55,979 nt of DNA from a virus. Lineage: Duplodnaviria; Caudoviricetes. The notes beneath the pieces were generated by a model. The model worked only from the letters and a program-made list of their open reading frames with translations, did not search any database and had not been told where the DNA came from. Location: positions 1-55,979 of the IMG/VR virus record IMGVR_UViG_3300032421_000002; one strand, written 5' to 3'. This document shows, one piece after another, positions 26,331 to 33,752 of this stretch. Each line of letters opens with the position of its first letter. Position 1 is the stretch's first letter. The position numbers and the translations under genes were made by a program.

Positions 26331-26430
26331 CCGCGCCGCCAAGCACCCCATGCATTTCCGAAAGCCCGAGTGAGAGGACAGCCCGCCATCGGCGGGTGGC
26401 TTGGCGGCCCGTCCTCTCACTCGGGCTTTC
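26331..26430 (+). ncRNA. Structured RNA leader of the primase-helicase gene
   Basis: Perfect 20-bp inverted repeat 26360-26379/26411-26430; its loop is complementary to upstream GCCGCCAAGCACCC. Confidence 0.55.
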
Positions 26431-26455
26431 TCACTTCTTTCGGAGAAGGCCCCGC

Positions 26456-29035
26456 ATGCCGGACACGATCTCGATCCTGCGCCACTCGACTGCAAGTCTC
26501 GCGAAGACGTGGCGCTCAGATGGAACGGTCAAGCCTTACGATGATGCAAAGTTCTTCACGCTGGAGACCGCGCAAGTCGGCGACATCGAAGCGTTGTCGG
26601 CGCTTCTGGCGCGGCTGGAGGTCAGCCCTCATGCCTGCCTGATCCGTGGCGCCTACGTCGGCGATACGCTCGCGTCACAGCGCGATGGCGATCAGTTCAA
26701 GCCCGGCCGCGTGCGCCGCGCTCTCGACTACTTCAACGACCAGCCGCTGCACGCGCTGCTCGTCGAGGTCGACAATTTCGAGCCCTTGGCGTTCGATCCG
26801 CTGGCCTCGCCCGAGGGCGCGGTCGACGAGTACATAGGCGCGGCGCTGCCGGCGGCGTTCAGTGGCGTGTCTTACCACTGGCAACTGTCGAACAGCGCGG
26901 GGCGCGCCGAGCACGCGGGCAAGCTCAAGGCTCACGTGTGGTTCTGGCTGGAGACCGCCTACACAAGCGAGCAGGTCAAGACGTGGGCCGTAAACGAAGG
27001 CGTCGCGCTGGACCGCGCGGTGCTCAACGCGGTGCAGGTGCACTACACCGCGGCGCCTGTGTTCGAGGCCGGCGTGGCCGACCCCGTGCCGCGGCGCAGC
27101 GGCTTCGTGCAGGGACTGGTGGCCGACGCGGTGCCTCTGGTGCTGGATGCCGACGCGGTGCGAGCGGTAGGGAGGATGGGCGGGCGGCAGGCGCGGCTGC
27201 GCGAGCTGCGCGAGGATGACCCGATTGCGCAGGCCCTGGTCGATCGTGGGCTTGTGCTGAGCGAGGGCCGCGCCGGCGAGCTCAACATCACGTGCCCTTT
27301 CGCCGAGCAGCACACCGGCGCGAGCGGCGAGACATCGACGAGATATTGGCCGCCGAATACGGGCGGCTACGCAAAGGGCAACTTCAAGTGCCTGCACGCG
27401 CATTGCGTGGGCCGCGGGCGCGGCACGTGGCTCGCGCGCCTGGGCATCTTTGAAGACCTGGATGCAGAGGCTTTCGGTCCGGTGGACGGGGCAGGGACAG
27501 CGGGCGTGGGAGGGAGCGGGGCGGGAGGCGCAGGGGGCGTCAACGCGGATCCCGCGGCGGCCGTCGTCGACATCAAGGGCATTCCCGAGGCCAAGCACCT
27601 GTGCACGGACCAAGCGAACGCGAACAGGCTGGTCGAGAGCTTCGGCAAGCGGCTGTTCGTCGCGGCCGGGCGCTGGTACTCGTGGGACTCGCGTCGCTGG
27701 GTGCCGGACGAGGGCGACGTTTACAGGTACGCGTGCCAGTTGTCCCGGATCGTGCACGCCGAAGCTGCGGCGTGGCGCGCCAAGGCAACGGCCGACTTGT
27801 CTACCGCGAACAAAAACAAAGCCTTGGCGGACGCGCTCGACAAGTGGGCCGTCAAATGCGAGATGAAAGGCTCCATCGAGGCCGCGGTGGGGCTCGCGCG
27901 CAAGATGCTGACCATCGACGGCGCCGCACTGGATCGCAACCCTTGGCTGTTGAACTGCCTGAACGGTACCGTCGACCTGCGCACGGGCGAGCTGCGGCCG
28001 CATCGCGCCAGTGACTACATCACGAAGTTAGTGAGCCTTAACTTCGACTTGGAGGCGGCGGCGCCGCTGTGGGGTGAAGTGCTCGCGCAGATCACTCTGG
28101 AGGTGGGGCGCGGCACGCAGCCGGTCGCGCAGTTCCTGCAACGCTGGTTCGGCTACTGCGCCACCGGGCTGACGCGTGAGCAGCAGTTCGTCGTGCACTA
28201 CGGCAACGGGTCAAACGGGAAGTCGACCGTGTTGGACATGGTGGCCGACGTACTGGGCGATTACGCCGGCACGGCCGCGCCGGGGTTGCTCGTGAACGGG
28301 GGCCGGGATCGACACCCCACGGAGATCGCTGACCTGTTCGGGCGTCGCATGATCACGGCGCACGAGAGCGGAGATGGCGGGGTGTTGCGCGAAGACTTCG
28401 TGAAGCAGGCCACGGGGGGCGATCGGATCAAAGCCCGGTTCATGCATGCCGACTTCTTTGAGTTCGTGCCGACCCACAAGCTCCAGCTGCTGACCAATCA
28501 CAAACCGCTGATCAAGGGTCAGGATGTGGGGATCTGGCGGCGCGTGGTGCTCGTGCCTTACTTGGCGCGGTTTGGAGGACGCGAAGAGGTGAACGCGGGT
28601 CGCGCGCACTTCGTCAAGGACGTGGGCCTGCTGGAGCGTTTGGGAGCTGAGCGGGCAGGCGTCTTGGCGTGGGTAGTGCGGGGCGCGATTGCGTGGGCCC
28701 AAGACGGCTTGCAGCCCCCTGATAGCGTGCTCGCGGCGTCGAAGGACTACCAGACGGAACAAGACCGCATCGGGCAGTTCGTGGCCGAGTGCTGCGAGGT
28801 CGGGGGCGAGTTCGCGGAACCGTTGGCAGTGGGGATGGGGGAGGGGTTGTATCCGGCTTACGTCGGATGGTGCAAAGAAGGCGGCACCATGGCGCTCGCC
28901 AAGAACAGGTTTCAGGCCGAAGTTTTGCGCGCGGTGGCGGGCTCGCGTGTCGAATTTGGCAAGGTGACGGGCGAAAACGGGCGGCGACGGAGTGCTGCAA
29001 AAATTCGCGGACTCAGGCTTTTGCCTTTGGAGTGA
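26456..29035 (+). CDS. DNA primase/helicase (primase-like N-terminus, Zn finger, P4/D5-family SF3 helicase)
   Basis: 'HVWFWL', 'VHYTA.P'; 'CPF...H..C.H.HC'; 'LLNC.NG.VDL.TG.L'; Walker A 'GNGSNGKST'; 'VK..TGGD.I.ARF'. Confidence 0.92.
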   Translation: MPDTISILRHSTASLAKTWRSDGTVKPYDDAKFFTLETAQVGDIEALSALLARLEVSPHACLIRGAYVGDTLASQRDGDQFKPGRVRRALDYFNDQPLHALLVEVDNFEPLAFDPLASPEGAVDEYIGAALPAAFSGVSYHWQLSNSAGRAEHAGKLKAHVWFWLETAYTSEQVKTWAVNEGVALDRAVLNAVQVHYTAAPVFEAGVADPVPRRSGFVQGLVADAVPLVLDADAVRAVGRMGGRQARLRELREDDPIAQALVDRGLVLSEGRAGELNITCPFAEQHTGASGETSTRYWPPNTGGYAKGNFKCLHAHCVGRGRGTWLARLGIFEDLDAEAFGPVDGAGTAGVGGSGAGGAGGVNADPAAAVVDIKGIPEAKHLCTDQANANRLVESFGKRLFVAAGRWYSWDSRRWVPDEGDVYRYACQLSRIVHAEAAAWRAKATADLSTANKNKALADALDKWAVKCEMKGSIEAAVGLARKMLTIDGAALDRNPWLLNCLNGTVDLRTGELRPHRASDYITKLVSLNFDLEAAAPLWGEVLAQITLEVGRGTQPVAQFLQRWFGYCATGLTREQQFVVHYGNGSNGKSTVLDMVADVLGDYAGTAAPGLLVNGGRDRHPTEIADLFGRRMITAHESGDGGVLREDFVKQATGGDRIKARFMHADFFEFVPTHKLQLLTNHKPLIKGQDVGIWRRVVLVPYLARFGGREEVNAGRAHFVKDVGLLERLGAERAGVLAWVVRGAIAWAQDGLQPPDSVLAASKDYQTEQDRIGQFVAECCEVGGEFAEPLAVGMGEGLYPAYVGWCKEGGTMALAKNRFQAEVLRAVAGSRVEFGKVTGENGRRRSAAKIRGLRLLPLE

Positions 29036-29053
29036 GGGTTAACCCTGACGAAG

Positions 29054-29167
29054 TGTCCCGCGTGTCCCGCCAAATGACCCATTTTCCATATTTTCTCTAT
29101 AGAAATGATGTTTTGATTTCACGCGTGAAAGGTGGAAAAAGGGCTAAATGGCGGGACAGGCGGGACA
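29054..29167. promoter_or_regulatory. Probable replication origin
   Basis: Two TGTCCCGC repeats on each side in inverted orientation around an AT-rich core containing the palindrome TTTCACGCGTGAAA; directly after the primase-helicase. Confidence 0.7.
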
Positions 29168-29222
29168 GTAAAAAATTACATGCGATTTTTTGCGCTTCGC
29201 AGCGTTGGACCCTTCCGGCCAG

Positions 29223-29315
29223 TCAGCGCGAAAGCTGGTCGACCAAAAGCCAAGCCCCGAGCAGACCAATGGTGACTGCAAGCGCGATCCCGGCGATGCG
29301 ATCGGCCCAGCTCAT
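29223..29315 (-). CDS. 30-aa single-TM peptide
   Basis: MSWADRIAGIALAVTIGLLGAWLLVDQLSR; ATGA coupled. Confidence 0.5.
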   Translation of the reverse strand: MSWADRIAGIALAVTIGLLGAWLLVDQLSR

Positions 29316-29557
29316 CGCTTGCCCCGCAGCGCGGCGTGCGTGTCGACCGGGCCGTAGTGGCCGCCCAGTCGATCGGTCCACGTGGTGCGCGGGATGTCGG
29401 CCCAGCTCGGGGTGTACCTGTGGCCACGCAGAAGGCCCACAGAGGGCAGCACGGCGCCCGGCAAGGGGGCGAGGGGCTTGCGGTGCGGGGCGAGCGCTTC
29501 CCGGCGCGTTAGCGCGGCGGCTTCGTGCAGACCCACAGTGATCTCGGTTCGGTTCAT
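29312..29557 (-). CDS. Hypothetical protein
   Basis: AAGGAG SD; coupled to neighbours. Confidence 0.6.
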   Translation of the reverse strand: MNRTEITVGLHEAAALTRREALAPHRKPLAPLPGAVLPSVGLLRGHRYTPSWADIPRTTWTDRLGGHYGPVDTHAALRGKR

Positions 29558-29736
29558 GTCGATCTCCTTTCGAGGGTTGCGGGCCGTTGGGGGCCCTGGA
29601 GCGTGTCCACGAACAGCGACTCGTGGTCACGGCAGAAGTAAATGCGTAGCACCGTTGCGGGTGCGAAGTCGACGGCAAGGTAGCGCTCGCAACGGTGATG
29701 ACGCGGACACATCACGCCCAGGCATACGGGGCTCAC
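29554..29736 (-). CDS. Small Cys-rich protein
   Basis: GTG coupled start; 'CLGVMCPRHHRCERY'. Confidence 0.5.
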   Translation of the reverse strand: MSPVCLGVMCPRHHRCERYLAVDFAPATVLRIYFCRDHESLFVDTLQGPQRPATLERRST

Positions 29737-29831
29737 GCGGCGCGCCTCATGGCGAGGTACCACGCATCAGCGGGGCTCATGCTCGGTATCGCGCGGCGGG
29801 TGATGAAGTAACGGCGGATGACGGCTTCCAT
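29733..29831 (-). CDS. 32-aa hypothetical peptide
   Basis: GGGAG SD; MEAVIRRYFITRRAIP...; GTGA overlap. Confidence 0.45.
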   Translation of the reverse strand: MEAVIRRYFITRRAIPSMSPADAWYLAMRRAA

Positions 29832-29858
29832 GTTTGGTTCTCCCTTGGGTAGTTGGTG

Positions 29859-30134
29859 TCACTCGGTCCCGGTGGCCTTGGCGAGCAGCGCAGCAGCATC
29901 GCGCCGAATCGAAGGCGGCAGATCGCGAGTGGTGGCGTTGCGCCCAGACGCAAGCTCTCGCACGAATTCCAGCAGCTCAGGCGCGGCGGCGATCAGGCGG
30001 GCGTCGGCTACGCTCGCAGCCTGGATGCAGTGGCTCGGATGTTCGGGGGCATGGCCTCCGGTGAAGACGAACCGAGAAGGCCCGCCATCGTCCATTTGCT
30101 CCCACGGCCCCGGTGTGTGCTTTGCTTCGTTCAT
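29859..30134 (-). CDS. Conserved phage early protein
   Basis: 'KHTPGPW...ADARLIAAAPELLE'. Confidence 0.8.
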   Translation of the reverse strand: MNEAKHTPGPWEQMDDGGPSRFVFTGGHAPEHPSHCIQAASVADARLIAAAPELLEFVRELASGRNATTRDLPPSIRRDAAALLAKATGTE

Positions 30135-30184
30135 GTCGGTTCCTTGGTAGCCCCGAGCCGAAGCCCGGGGCGGGTTGCAGTTGG

Positions 30185-31198
30185 TCAGACGATGGCGAGC
30201 AGTTTCTCGAAAGCCGCGGTCTTGAGATCGTCGCCACCGTTGAACCATGCGGAGTTCAGACGGTGCGAATCGGTCTTCGCGGTGGCGTGATGGTCGACGT
30301 ACTCGGTGACCGCGTTGAGCAGGCCCCAGGCCGTACCGTGGACCCCGGGCAGGCTGTCGCCCTTCGCGGCACCCGAGAACAGGCGCAGGATCTCGGCTTC
30401 ACCCCGCGGGGCGCGCTCGTCCTTGGCTTCCAACACCTTGCCCATGAACGCGTCGAACGAGGCAGGCGCCACGGCTTCAGCGGGGCGCAGCAGTTGGCGC
30501 ACGAACTGCTCAGCGCCGGCGCGGTTCATGCGGATCTGGGTCAGCGTGCGCGCTGCGTCGACCATCGAGGCGAAGGACTCTTGCGCGATGCCAAGGGACT
30601 GCTTGAGCGCGGCCGGGTTGAACACGTTGCGGTGCGAGACCTTGACAGCCTTGCCCTTCTCGTTCATCGCCATCGTCAAGGTGTTGTTGCACACCACGCG
30701 TTCCATCACGTACTTGCCCGTTGTGGCGCTGGAGCCGTCGCAGCTCGTCGCGAGCAGCAGGTAACCGCCCACGCGGTCGCCTCTCACGATCTCGGCGCCT
30801 TCGCCGATCTTGGCGAGGGCCCAGAACTTCTTTCCACCGAACAGCGTCCCGGCCGTCGAGAGCTCGAACCCGGCGCCCTCGGTCAGGTCACGGAAGAATT
30901 CGAGCACCTGCGCGGGCTGAACGGTCTTGTACTTGGCGCTGACGAGACCGAGAGCCTCTTTCGTGTCGCTGCGGAAGAGGACGTGCTGATCGGGCATTTC
31001 GAGCTGCGTTGCGCCTTCGCGGTCAGCGAAATAGCGCACCTTGCTGCGCTGGATCTTCCAGTCCATGCCGGCGGCGACTTGCCACGCCTCGATGGGCGAG
31101 CCCGCGCTCAGTTGCTGGCCGAGACCGTGCCAGGGCTTCTCGCCCACGTAGGCCATTTCGGCGGTTTGGTTGGCGCGGATGGTGAGTTCGTGTGCCAT
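30185..31198 (-). CDS. DUF932/DUF945 (TIGR03299-like) phage/plasmid protein
   Basis: 'MAYVG..PWHGLG', 'LGLVS..Y..VQ', 'YLLLATSCDGS', 'RVVCNNTL', 'TAWG.LNAVTEYVDH'. Confidence 0.9.
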   Translation of the reverse strand: MAHELTIRANQTAEMAYVGEKPWHGLGQQLSAGSPIEAWQVAAGMDWKIQRSKVRYFADREGATQLEMPDQHVLFRSDTKEALGLVSAKYKTVQPAQVLEFFRDLTEGAGFELSTAGTLFGGKKFWALAKIGEGAEIVRGDRVGGYLLLATSCDGSSATTGKYVMERVVCNNTLTMAMNEKGKAVKVSHRNVFNPAALKQSLGIAQESFASMVDAARTLTQIRMNRAGAEQFVRQLLRPAEAVAPASFDAFMGKVLEAKDERAPRGEAEILRLFSGAAKGDSLPGVHGTAWGLLNAVTEYVDHHATAKTDSHRLNSAWFNGGDDLKTAAFEKLLAIV

Positions 31199-31284
31199 GG
31201 TGTGCTGCCTTTCAGGGTAGGGTTAATGGCGATCGGTGCGGGATTGCACCCGTGAGCGCTGACACGCAGCGCTCAGGGGCGGAA

Positions 31285-31518
31285 TCAACGAACGCGGACG
31301 GCAGTCTCCCCGAACCTGCGCACGCCATCGGCGATAGCTTCGCGGATCGTGCGATAGCTGCCGCCGGGCGAGCAGTAACCTACGGCAGGTGTGCCGGTGG
31401 ACTCGCCCGGGACCACCCAGAACAGGCGGTACATGCCGGCGCGTTCGCTGTGGAGGTCGTCCCAAATCTCGAGACGGGCTTCGTACTGCGTGCCGTCCGA
31501 CAGATGGATGGTTTGCAT
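31285..31518 (-). CDS. Hypothetical protein
   Basis: AAGGA SD; 77 aa. Confidence 0.6.
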   Translation of the reverse strand: MQTIHLSDGTQYEARLEIWDDLHSERAGMYRLFWVVPGESTGTPAVGYCSPGGSYRTIREAIADGVRRFGETAVRVR

Positions 31519-31530
31519 GATGGTTTCCTT

Positions 31531-31605
31531 TCAAGGGCGAGCGAGGCGGTAGAGCGCGAGCGCGGTTTCGAGGATCAGGGTCGCGAGGATGATTGCGGCG
31601 TCCAT
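31531..31605 (-). CDS. 24-aa hydrophobic peptide
   Basis: CAGGAGCAAACGA leader; MDAAIILATLILETALALYRLARP. Confidence 0.5.
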   Translation of the reverse strand: MDAAIILATLILETALALYRLARP

Positions 31606-31620
31606 GTCGTTTGCTCCTGG

Positions 31621-31770
31621 TTAGGCTCCTGTGCGCAGTTTCACCCACACAATGCCGACACCGATTTCTTCCACAGCATCGACGCCGAGCATGAAGCAGG
31701 CGTGGCTGATGGCGGCGTCTAGGTCGGTAAACCAACTGGCGCGCCAGCCCATGGCGATGGTTGCGAACAT
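31621..31770 (-). CDS. 49-aa hypothetical protein
   Basis: Same CAGGAGCAAACGA leader; first gene after the promoter at 31819-31846. Confidence 0.5.
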   Translation of the reverse strand: MFATIAMGWRASWFTDLDAAISHACFMLGVDAVEEIGVGIVWVKLRTGA

Positions 31771-31818
31771 GGTTCGTTTGCTCCTGTCTGCGTTTGAACG
31801 TGCTTAACTCTTGGATGA

Positions 31819-31846
31819 ACTATAGCAAACGCTACAGCTTTGACAA
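31819..31846 (-). promoter_or_regulatory. Early promoter with palindromic operator
   Basis: TTGTCA-16-TATAGT with TGn extension; TAGCAAACGCTA at 31823-31834. Confidence 0.65.
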
Positions 31847-31866
31847 GTGATTTTTCGCACGGACCC

Positions 31867-31895
31867 AAAGAAAAAGCCCGCGGGGCAGCGGGCTT
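31867..31895 (-). terminator. Rho-independent terminator
   Basis: AAGCCCGC/GCGGGCTT stem followed by TTTCTTT on the minus strand. Confidence 0.75.
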
Positions 31896-31920
31896 GTGCG
31901 GTATGCGGCGGGGCATGTGC

Positions 31921-32232
31921 TCAGCCTCCGGGCTTCTCCGGGGGCGGTTTGGGTTCCTCTTCGGGCTTGGTCTCACGCGCGAGGGCGATGAGGTGCTCCA
32001 ACACCATGAGCTTCGCCTCGACAGGCGTGCTCACAGTCTCGGTGCTCGTCGGCGTGTCGCTGCCGGCGTCGCCGAACAACACCTCGAACTTGCCCGATTG
32101 CACCTTGGTGTAGCGAGCCCAGTGCGGCCCGTACTGGATCGGCTCACCCGGGCGCACGAGTGAGACGAGGTGCGACATGGCGAGCTCGCCGGCCGCGACT
32201 TGCTTGATGAGAACTTGCATGACAGCAGACAT
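31921..32232 (-). CDS. Hypothetical protein
   Basis: AGGAG SD; own promoter and terminator. Confidence 0.65.
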   Translation of the reverse strand: MSAVMQVLIKQVAAGELAMSHLVSLVRPGEPIQYGPHWARYTKVQSGKFEVLFGDAGSDTPTSTETVSTPVEAKLMVLEHLIALARETKPEEEPKPPPEKPGG

Positions 32233-32300
32233 GATGCTTACTCCTAACTTACATGCCTCGAACCCTGTTTTGCGGGGCCGGGTTCGTTTGCCCTGTGAGA

Positions 32301-32328
32301 AACATAGCTTTTGCTAGAAACGTTTCAA
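32301..32328 (-). promoter_or_regulatory. Promoter with palindromic operator
   Basis: TTGAAA-16-TATGTT; TAGCTTTTGCTA at 32305-32316. Confidence 0.55.
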
Positions 32329-32483
32329 GGCGATCGTGTTGTGTTTTCAAGACAAAAAAGTTATGGATCGCGCAACGGCTTACGCACTCAAATGCAAACA
32401 GTTCTCATCTGAAATTTTCTGACCGTGTTTTCGGGATCGGGGGAAGTTGGCGTTCGCTCTCCCAAACTGCTACATTTCCCGCC

Positions 32484-32786
32484 ATGTCCACGAACCTGAT
32501 TCGCCTCGAAAGCGACGATCCGCACGTCGCTGGAGTGCTCATTCGCTTCGATTCCGGCGCCGCGAAAACCGTGTCTTGGCGCGCGGACAAGGTGATCTCG
32601 CCCGCGCTCGACGCCGCGAAGGAGTACACCGCGGCCGTCATTGACGCCCTGGTGAAAGAGAACCGCGAGGCCGACGTGCGCAACACGAATTGGGTGAGCG
32701 TGGCGGCCGCGATGCACAAGTGCATTCGCGACTTCAACGGCAAGCTGCACGAGCTGGGGAAAGAGCGCCATGCCGCGACTCTCTAA
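32484..32786 (+). CDS. Hypothetical protein, first gene of the packaging operon
   Basis: ATG 7 nt after TGCTACATT (extended -10); overlaps the small terminase start. Confidence 0.6.
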   Translation: MSTNLIRLESDDPHVAGVLIRFDSGAAKTVSWRADKVISPALDAAKEYTAAVIDALVKENREADVRNTNWVSVAAAMHKCIRDFNGKLHELGKERHAATL

Positions 32787-33327
32787 TGAGGCGCACGAGA
32801 CCTTTGCGCAGAACTTCGTGCAGTGGCGCAGCTTCAAGCGCGCCGCCGAAGCAGCAGGCAGCACCGCGGAGAACCTTTCATCCGCGGGCATCTCGTTGTA
32901 CGAGCGCGCCGACATTTACGCCCGGGTTCAAGAGCTGACCGAGCAAAAGCTCAAGCCGATCAAGGTCGACAGTGCGCGGGTCATGACCGAGATCGGCCGC
33001 ATGTCGACGGTCGATTACGCGGGCTTCTTCCACCCAGACGGCACGCAGAAGGCACCGCACGAGCTGACACCAGCGCAGAGCGCATGCGTTCGCGGCACCG
33101 ACCGCAACGGCCGCTATCAGTTCTGGGACAAGATCGCGCCCGTCACGATCCTGGCAAAGCACTTCAAGATCATCGGCGAAGAGGGCGACGGCGTGTCAGC
33201 CCTCGCCTCTGCGCTCGCTGATCGCCTCAACAACGCGCGCAAGCGCACTGGCGACGCGCCGCGCCCGGTCGTCGACTCGACGCCCGCTGAGCCCGAGCCA
33301 CAACCCGAGGACGAGCAGCTATGGTGA
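32770..33327 (+). CDS. terS: Terminase small subunit
   Basis: N-terminal 'HE.FAQ.......AA..AG' HTH, 'WDK......LAKH'; upstream of terL. Confidence 0.8.
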   Translation: MPRLSNEAHETFAQNFVQWRSFKRAAEAAGSTAENLSSAGISLYERADIYARVQELTEQKLKPIKVDSARVMTEIGRMSTVDYAGFFHPDGTQKAPHELTPAQSACVRGTDRNGRYQFWDKIAPVTILAKHFKIIGEEGDGVSALASALADRLNNARKRTGDAPRPVVDSTPAEPEPQPEDEQLW

Positions 33328-33476
33328 CGAAGGCGCAGTTCGAGCGTTCGCGCTTCGATGTGGAACCCAAGGGTTCCAAAGAGGGCGACGCACGCGACAA
33401 GGCCGCGGACAAGCGCCAGCTCGCCGCGATGAAGAAAGCAACCGGCCGCACTCCGCGGCGAAAGGGCAAGCGATGA
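33321..33476 (+). CDS. Small basic protein (51 aa), not in the ORF track
   Basis: MVTKAQFERSRFDVEPKGSKEG...; ATGA coupled to the next gene. Confidence 0.6.
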   Translation: MVTKAQFERSRFDVEPKGSKEGDARDKAADKRQLAAMKKATGRTPRRKGKR

Positions 33477-33748
33477 ACAACGCAGGCAATAGCACGCACA
33501 AGGCGCGCGCCATCGATCCGAAGCAGTTTCGCAACCTCGCAACAGGTGTCGGCCAGTGCGCGAGCGAGTCCGAGCTCACGGGCGCACGCCGCGCGCAGCG
33601 AGCCGCGGATTGCGCGCCGGCCGCGCAGCGCGCGGTGTTGGACCCGAGCTATCCGAGCCCGGGCGAGATGGCGAAGCGCTGGACCCCGGCGCCGGCCCAG
33701 GAGATCGCGACTCCTGTGGTGATCGTTCCGGCCAAGGGGCGCGGCTGA
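33473..33748 (+). CDS. Hypothetical protein
   Basis: Coupled gene between terS and terL. Confidence 0.55.
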   Translation: MNNAGNSTHKARAIDPKQFRNLATGVGQCASESELTGARRAQRAADCAPAAQRAVLDPSYPSPGEMAKRWTPAPAQEIATPVVIVPAKGRG

Positions 33749-33752
33749 GCCG

